From Paragordius varius (taxonomy: Eukaryota > Animalia > Nematomorpha): a stretch of DNA of 64,000 nucleotides. The number at the start of each line of letters is the position of its first letter. The first letter of the stretch is position 1. The position numbers were made by a program, and so were the translations under genes. The stretch lies in assembly GCA_964247055.1 (NCBI GenBank), contig OZ176054.1, positions 7,440,001 through 7,504,000 of the forward strand, read 5' to 3'. The notes below the pieces were generated by a model that was not told the origin of the DNA, did no database searches, and was given only the letters and a program-made list of their open reading frames with translations. Below, in pieces: positions 56,201 to 64,000 of the stretch.

Positions 56201-59200
56201 CTAAAAACAAACGTCTACGACATTGGGAAAAACCAATGAACCTGGTAAATTAACAAAATTTGAATGTATGTTAAATGAAAAATCGTCAAGTAACTTGTAT
56301 CCCGCTTTAACGTCAAAGATAAAATCATTTTTTCCATCATGTTGTGACGGGTGACGCTAAGTGGTTTATTGTAAATTCAAAGCTAAAAAATCGTAAATTA
56401 ACCTTGCCAAATCGGTTCATCAATATATTGGTAAGGTATAAAGACCATGCTCTGTGCCTGATATTATTTTTTTATCATGTTTTATAAACTTTAATTACCT
56501 GGTGAAACTGCTAGCACACAACGCTAGGCCACATACCTAATAATTATGCAGTGTTTAAAAAACGCCAAAAATAAACCAGAAAACATTGAAAACGACTCTG
56601 CTATATAACAGTGCTTCTTATCGCACAAGCAAACCCATTAAAAGATACTGTAAATGTTATGATGCAAACTTTTTCTAGCTGTACTCTCCTGACCGCCTGT
56701 TGATTTTTACCTCTTCGCATCAATGAGGCACGCGCTTTTAGAAAAACTAAATATTTCGAAGACGTTAGAAAATGATTTACTAATAGTTTGCCGCAAATGA
56801 TAATCAGTTTTTCTGGTAGGGCATTCAAATATTTGAGAGGGCCAAGCCGATAATCTTTAAACATAATTGAAAATAAATTTATTTTACAAAATTGCAAATT
56901 TTTTCAAAAACGAACATTTATGACTGTACCTGGTACGTTTCTAATAATATAGTGACATTTCTCTGTGTGTATATTTAAAATAGATTAATCACAATGTGCA
57001 AGATGTTTCAACTATAAAGAATCATAGTAATATTCGCTAAAATAACAAGGGTACTGTTACCGGTACAAGCACTTACGATACTTAGCTCAGAATTTTAACT
57101 AAGAAATGCATTAATCTTAGGAAATCGAACTCAAAAAAGACCCTATTTTATTTTTATTCAAAACTAAATTCTTCTGATCCGAAGCCCTAAACCTTCAATC
57201 CAAATCATTTGTCAACTATACACTTCCCTTCATACATAACGCGACAATAAACGAAAAAATTGGACAATACTCAAAAACCATTGTTTTTTATGCATTAAAT
57301 GGTTATAAGACACGCATATATACATTAATTAGTAGAAAAGTTACCGATTAAAAAATGTGTCATAAATGTCTAAAAATATTAAAAAATTAAAATCATGATT
57401 ATTTTAGATTATATCCAAATTTAGAAACAGTTTTTTTCACTCGGATGATCGTTTGAGTTTATTGAGTTTTTACCACTTTTTTCTTATATATATAACGGAA
57501 TATAGGGTAATGTAAGTAGATATTCTCATCTAACAATTTATTTACTATACAGCCTATGATAGATTTCAAGGCCGATTATTTTTCCAAATGGCAGATCAAA
57601 CAATTTATATGACCAAAAATACAACATCAAAAAGTACATAATTTCTATTGATAAATATATAAATGGTAACCGGTACACCACCGAAACCAATTATATTCAT
57701 TGTTATATCAATATATTTGGACAAACGCAAACATTGGTGCAAAAAATTAGATTCGATATATTAACACTTTAATACATTTTAATTTTTTATGCACGTTGAC
57801 ATTTTGGGGTAGTATTTTACCTCAGAGCTTAAACAGTTAACAAACTACTATGTTTAGAAAGTTGATTTAATTAAAATTTTAATATCAAACCCTCCTCTCC
57901 TATGATGTATAAAACAACTTTTTTTAAAGTTTTGTAACTTTTGTAGTCATAAATTTGGCTAACTCCAACACACGATTAAACAGCTGATATTAAAATCTAT
58001 AAAAATCAAAAACTTGCTGGTAGAATCTAATTCGAAAAACAATTACTTTATTTTAACCATATTATACATTTATTTGCTTGTTGTATAAGCGATTCAATAA
58101 ACAAAAAAATGGCGGCAAAAGTTTGAAATGAAGGTTTTTTTATAATTTTGCATACTTTTTTAAGAAATGATGTGTCTAAATGGCTAAAATTTTCTAGTTT
58201 AACCCCTTAATAAAAATATTTAATTTAAATTTTATATGTTTCTGGGGATATGAAACTACCCCAAATTGTCATGAAGTGTTAAATTAAATAGACAATATTT
58301 TATTATTATAAAAAAAATTTTCCATAATCAAAGATACAAATTATTTTTTAACATACGCTGATTATAAAATTTAATCAGCTAAATTTTTTTATATTTATTC
58401 ATATTTATTGTTCTATAGTTTTTATTAAACTGATCTTTTATGACGGCTTGTTTTGAAATTTATAGATGTCATTGACAACTTTTATAATTATCAATGTTTT
58501 TTCCTTATAATTGGGGTTTTATATAAGGAGGGACTACACATTTTTTATCCTGTTTTTAATCAAACTAATTTAGAGCTTTTTGACAAATACACTAACGATT
58601 TGGATGGCAACATTTTAGAACTTATTGATAAAAATCTTGTTGATGAAATTTGGGCCCAAGAAAAAATGGAAAAATGTAATTCGGCACCTAAAAAAACTTT
58701 TGAATATCCAATTCAATATGCAGGTTCCTATTTTTTAAAAATAAAATGATTTTCAAATATAATTACAAGTTTGGGCGATGTACTTTGATTTTAAAATTAT
58801 ATAATAAAAAAATAAATAAGTTTATCATACAACAATTTTTAATTCAACTATTCATTACAAAAATAATGTGAATAGTTGAAGATATATTGAAAAGAGTTCG
58901 GTAATATTTTATAAATCAAATACCATTTGAACCTTCTTTAACATATCATCGTTAATAAAGCTTCCAAATCATTCTTTACTTCAAGCTTCTCTTGAACATT
59001 TGAAGTTTTTAAACACAAAATTGCTATAAATAACCGAAAAAGCAAGCGTTAATACCTAAATACTATTCAAATTATTTTTTAAAATGATGAAATATTGTAA
59101 ATTACCTGAATGAAGAGGGTATTAAATTATGATATATGAGGATATGATAATACCTAGATTAACTGATGTTATAAACAAAATAAAAATTATAATAAACTGA

Positions 59201-62200
59201 AAGTTAAAGGACCACCTTGAAAGGTTTAAAGACCAACTTAAACAAATCTTATATCGTTAATAATAATTTATTCATAAAATTTGGTCTTGTAATAAATTTC
59301 CAATAAAGAGTATCGCATGTTTTTATCGAATTCTAATGATTATTTTGATAATTGCTTATTTCTAACATAATTTAACCCTAGAGATTTATATAAAACATTT
59401 AATGAAATAGCGAATTCTAAATACAGTACAATCTAATTATCAAATGCACCTCTATGCAAAATGAAGAGTTTTTTATATTAATTGCATTTCGATGTTTTAA
59501 AAATATAATTTTCCACAATAAATAAAATATTTACAGTAAAATATTTATAGAAAAATATTACAGTATGCATTTTAATGGCTGCTTAATTCATGTTATAGTT
59601 GATCAATTTCCAACACAGTAGTGTATGGAAAAACAATTTTTCCTTTCTTTTTTCCATATACCACTGTGTTGCAAATTGCCCAACTATAGTGTGAAATAAG
59701 CTACCATTAAAATGCATACTGTAAATGCAGGTTTCAATTGTATGTTTCTTAATATATTTAGGAATTTCGTGGATCAAGAAAATCGATTTATTGCGAAATA
59801 TGTTGGAAAAGGGTTCATCGTCGTTTGCTTATGTTACTTCTAATCCGGAAAACATTGCATGTAATATACTAATAAGGCGCGTTGAAATAATACATTTAGC
59901 AAATAAGAAGTTAGGATACCCTTAGTTCGGGCCCTAAAAAATTCAACTATTCGCAACTTAAAAGTAGCAAAATTTGCGATTTCTAAATACATACCAATTT
60001 AATATAAAATTGATATTTATATCATTATTATATTGATCTTTTTAGCGCTCAATTATTTATAAAGCAATCAGCTACAATGGTATTACAGCTAAATCCTATT
60101 TTTTTATTGGAAGCTCATTAAAAAATTTTAAGTCTCCCAAATAGGCATTTTTAGAAATACAAATTTATACCCGTTCTTTCTCTAAATTAAAAGGAAGCGA
60201 TTATTAGAAAGAATGCATCATTTTACATACACTATTAAACATTACCTAATAAAATATATAATTTTTAATTGATTACCTTAAAAAACATAAACCCAAAAAC
60301 ACTTACATAATTAGTTTTAAAATATCGCCAAAATTTCTATTTTATACATTGATTTATTTATAATAATATCATTTTCTAATATAATATTTCTAGGGTTGTT
60401 TAACTTACGAGGACAGGATATACCTTACATTCCCTTTTTCTATGCTCATGCAATTATAACTTTTTCAGATATTCGGTATTTTATTTTTTATTTGGAATAG
60501 TGGCAAAATAATATTTTTTGAGTTTTAATTTTCTGGCACAATAAAGTTTTTTTCAATTTTTAAAATTCAATGTATAAACCTATTGTTTTAATATATAATT
60601 TTTCAAAAAAAATTTGTTTAGGTTGTACATTGACGGAAACAAAGTGTCGGACGAATTGAGAAACAAATACACGCAAAATTGTGACAAGGAGAAGGTTAAC
60701 CAAAACTGTGTTAAAGTAATTTTACTCTTGATGAAATATTTTTATGTAAAAGGTCGGTCGAGGAGTGTCCAACACAAATGGCTTCGCGGGTTGCATTTTT
60801 AGATAATTTGTTAGATTCAAATTTGAGAATGTAAAATGCAAACACAATATAGCAATATTTTCTAATTCTTGCCAATTGGATAAATTTATTTAGAAAAATA
60901 TTTAAACAAATATCAACTTTATTATATAATTAATGGATTTCAAGGGCCGCACATAAAATATCGGAGGGCCGCGTGTGGACATCCCTGGTTTAAGATATGA
61001 TTGGACGCTAATTTAAATTGGGACACGAATATCATACTTTATTGAAGGATAATGGGGGCGCTAAAATTTAGTTTATATGAGCTTTTAAGCCTAGTATCAG
61101 TGATGTTTTGTCAACCAGATTTTTTAAAATAAAAATGTCGAAACTTGAAAGGGACCAAAGTAGGAAGAAATTCAGTACAAATATTGTTGTGTAGAAAATC
61201 GGTAAAACAATAACAAAATTTATATCGAAAGTTTTTTTAACATGTAGAGGAGGCTGAAAATATATATTTAAACATATATATTGTAGTTCCCAACCATTTA
61301 CCAAAACTTTAAATAAAAATGATCAATCTCAAAATTATTATCATTATATGAAAATATTCTATTATTGTTTAACACTTGATTACTTTTTCACTTTTAATCC
61401 TAGTTTACCTTTTGGGGTTTTGTATCCCAGAGCTCAATTTTGTAAATAAATACAGATTTGAAAGTTATTTTAAAAATATAATTATCAAACATTGTTCTCA
61501 TGTATAAAAAGCTTATATTTTTTAAAGTTTTGTGATTTTCAAAGTCTAAAGTCGGGCAAAATGCGATTGAAACGAACAGCTGATATTAAAATTAAAATAT
61601 ATCAAGTTTTGGCTAATAAAATGTAAGCTTGAAACTTTTTAAAGTTAATTATTTACATTTTCTAACCATAAAATACATTTATTTGCCTGTTGCATTAGCG
61701 TAAAAAAATGTAGAAAAAAATGGCGGCAAAAAAATTTGAGAGGATTTTTTTGCAATTTTACATTTTTTTTAAAAAATAATAATTGTATAATGCGCATAAA
61801 AGACTTAAGAAAGCATATTTAATTCATGATAGTTTAAATACCTTCTAGAATTTTCAAATTATGAATCGCTCTGTGATATAAACAAAAGGCAATAGATTGT
61901 TCTTGAAATAAATGTAAAGAATTAGTCAGATTAATAAATTTTACAATAAATCTATTTAGCCATAAAATATGTAATTTTAACGGTTGAGACACACAAATAT
62001 ATTGACAAAAAGCGCAAAAATAGATCTTGCATAGAAATTATACTAAAATGATTTCATAAATATTTGTTAAATCTGAAAATTAATGGAAATATTTAATATA
62101 ACCATCTACATATATTTTTAGTTTTTACCCTATGATGAAGTGTCCACTTTTGATTACAGCCCTTTTGAAAAAGTGTATTATGATGAAAATATCAATATGT

Positions 62201-63708
62201 TGACTTATGAAAACTTACCTGATACTAAAGTATATATTTTAAAATGATAAAAACATTTGTACCTAATATGTGTATAATGATATATTTAATTTGAAAAAAT
62301 TGGTGGAGAGCTTTTAAATGGAACGAAAATCGCATTAAAATATTTTTGAGGGAGGCAATAACGCTTTATTTTTGAGCTTTATATAAGAATTAATCCATAA
62401 AATTATACTATATATGTATTTTTTTAAAATATAATTTATCACATCTTAGCATAGTAAGGTTGCACCTCATTAATTTTTTGATATATTTAGTGAAAAAAGT
62501 TATTATTATCATAAACTCAATTTATAAAAAAATATAAGTGTCTTTAAAATATTATATTAAAAGGTAATAATTAAATTATGGGTAAAATCTTAAAATTCTA
62601 TTGCTTAGAGCGATAATGCAAAAAACAGGTTTTGGAATTCGAAATTTATATATGCATGTATAAAAAATTATATTTCAGATCTGTTTGAATATTTTTATAT
62701 ATTATCTTAAACCTGATTCACAGATATCATAAATATTTAGTAAACACTAATTAACTATAATTTTAAGTATACTTTGTTCATAAAAATAATTGAATTAATT
62801 ATTTTGGACTTGTCCAAAAACGTAAGTGCTCTTCAATTTAATTCGGAATTTTAACAAAATTTTTTATTGTATTGTTTTGTACTAGACATTAAAATTTTTA
62901 TTGATATGAACAAATCAATTATTCCAATCCTTTTCCATTGAACAATTTTAAATCTACTTTAAACACTGATCTTGCGGAAATTATTAAACTTCCAATATGT
63001 TAAAAAAAACTGATCCTTGTAAATTATTATATAAATTGGACCGTTTTTTCGGAACCGGTATTAATCTTTAGTTCAGGTACCCTCAGTTAGATCTAGGTTA
63101 AATTTTATAACTAATGATTGTTTTAACATACATTGTTTTAGGAAAAAGCCCCAGAAGCCGTTAAACAACTCAAGTTTAATACATTAAATACCATGCAAAT
63201 TGAAGCAATGAAGCAGGCCCAGGTTTTATTTTTATTAAAACAATATATGTAATCACAGTAAAAATAGAAATCATACAGACGAAACGTAAAAATTAAAAGA
63301 AAATATTTTTTAAAAAAGAGAATCATACCTAACAACCTTGTTTTTGTGATATACCCAACTTTTTGGGTATCACAAATGTGAAATATAAATGTAAATTGGT
63401 ACGTAACACTCTCATATATTAATTTGTGATTATTGTAGTAAAGGAATGGTTTTTTTAATAAGGTATTTGATATTTAATTTTTATGTTTTGTCCGTATATA
63501 AATTTTGATATTTAAATGATTATTTAAATTATTATATTTGCACAGATTAAAGATTCGATTGCTTTTATAGAAGCGATGGCAGAGGTGGAAAAAGTAAAAA
63601 CAACTGTTTTATAAAAATATATTTCATTTGATTTTTTACTGAAATTATATAGGTTGCAGCCAATGTTTCTGAATATCAAGTCTTAAGCACGATCGAAAAG
63701 CATCGCCG
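50287..63708 (+). CDS. Xaa-Pro aminopeptidase (aminopeptidase P, M24B; XPNPEP2-like with signal peptide); N-terminal part only, continues beyond the window
   Basis: Exons 50287-50347 (MLTNSWTIIVTLTLLFSVIQG, signal-peptide-like), 52401-52450, 52527-52610, 53609-53675, 54934-55029, 58466-58723, 59762-59860, 60394-60475, 60622-60715, 62122-62229, 63142-63222, 63546-63593, 63653-63708; phases consistent. Motifs: NLVDEIW, YAGISW..KI..LR, IAWLFNLRGQDIPYIPFF, LYID, PYD, AMKQAQIKDSIA, VSEYQ. The first two exons are less certain. The catalytic metal ligands lie outside the window. Confidence 0.85.
51930..52212. mobile_element. hAT-type MITE with an 8-bp target site duplication
   Basis: ATTTAAAT at 51922-51929 and 52213-52220; termini CAGGGGGT ... 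ACACCCGTG; GCGGCCC subterminal motifs typical of hAT MITEs. Confidence 0.8.
52722..53235 (-). mobile_element. Degraded family 1 MITE in an XPNPEP intron
   Basis: ttcgattcaaattg at one end, tctggggtcattagataccccaatt at the other, and recognisable internal blocks; boundaries approximate. Confidence 0.6.
54372..54538. mobile_element. MITE family B copy (a partial copy also lies near 5650-5780)
   Basis: TA|CAGTGTGAGTATACATTGCTAGAAAG ... CTTTCTAGCAATGTATACTTACTCATATTG. Confidence 0.75.
57765..58278 (+). mobile_element. piggyBac-like MITE family 2, complete copy (514 bp)
   Basis: TTAA-CACTT...AAGTG-TTAA (57761-57764, 58279-58282); subterminal TTGGGGTA in inverted orientation; body related to 48986-49870 and 61373-61900. 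Confidence 0.8.
59561..59721. mobile_element. Tc1/mariner-type palindromic MITE, family A
   Basis: TA|CAGTATGCATTTTAATGG ... CCATTAAAATGCATACTG|TA, with a ~70-bp imperfect inverted repeat. Confidence 0.85.
60760..60987. mobile_element. hAT-type MITE of the same family (other degraded copies or ends near 441-495, 24661-24889, 55066-55390)
   Basis: gagtgtccaacacaaatggcttcgcggg ... gggccgcgtgtggacatccctg; shares acaaatggcttcgcgggt with 51930-52212. TSD not preserved. Confidence 0.65.
61373..61900 (+). mobile_element. Degraded family 2 MITE
   Basis: TTAA-CACTT, ttgggg..cccagagctc, aacagctgatattaaaa and aaaaaaatggcggcaaaa are shared with 57765-58278; right end not clear. Confidence 0.55.
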
Positions 63709-64000
63709 GTAAAATAAACTTTTCCTTTGCAAATTTTATTAATTTTGATATTTTACTTGTTAATTCTCAAGCGTTTTTATTACCAAATGTTTTTTAATAT
63801 ATTTCGATAATAAAGTTACTAATATCCATACGTCTTATTTTTGTTCATCGAGAAAAATTTCCTTTCTAAATCAGTATCATGTAATTGTAACTTGGGTTTG
63901 ACTTCTACGATTCTGCAAAAGAATATTTAAGCAGTTAGAAATAGTATCTATTTACATTAACCAAAAACTATCTTCGTGACTACCATTTCGAATCAGATAT

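Noticed and set aside
56130-56900. Possible degraded non-LTR retrotransposon pieces (IPHNL...KLNGIREALL; 98-aa ORF 56601-56897; 14-nt match GCTGTACTCTCCTG to about 32933)
   Set aside because: Similarity is too weak and fragmentary to call without an HMM search.

Overview
Very AT-rich (roughly 25% GC by eye), intron-rich eukaryotic DNA, almost certainly from an invertebrate animal; the lineage cannot be determined from this window. I assembled exon chains by hand from GT-AG sites, frame continuity and motif recognition, with no RNA evidence. Genes found: (1) a minus-strand receptor protein tyrosine phosphatase of the PTP99A/R5 type (24 exons, 11498-29867, about 2570 aa, 5' end not found); (2) a single-exon, strongly diverged GH35 beta-galactosidase-like ORF (34521-37142); (3) ATG9 (15 exons, 37958-48735, about 1306 aa); (4) a plus-strand, signal-peptide-bearing aminopeptidase P (XPNPEP-like; starts at 50287, divergent from ATG9, runs off the window); (5) a CCDC59/TAP26-like C-terminal fragment ending 120 bp from the PTP stop codon. 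Introns and intergenic DNA are full of non-autonomous DNA transposons: TTAA-flanked piggyBac-like MITEs (two families, with nested self-insertions), TA-flanked Tc1/mariner-type MITEs and hAT-type MITEs, plus two inverted piggyBac transposase relics. No tRNA, rRNA or CRISPR feature was recognised. The best leads are a candidate 23-nt intron, a genome-level loss of the +5G splice donor consensus, the probably catalytically dead intronless GH35 protein, and a roughly 280-aa insertion inside an otherwise intact PTP catalytic domain.
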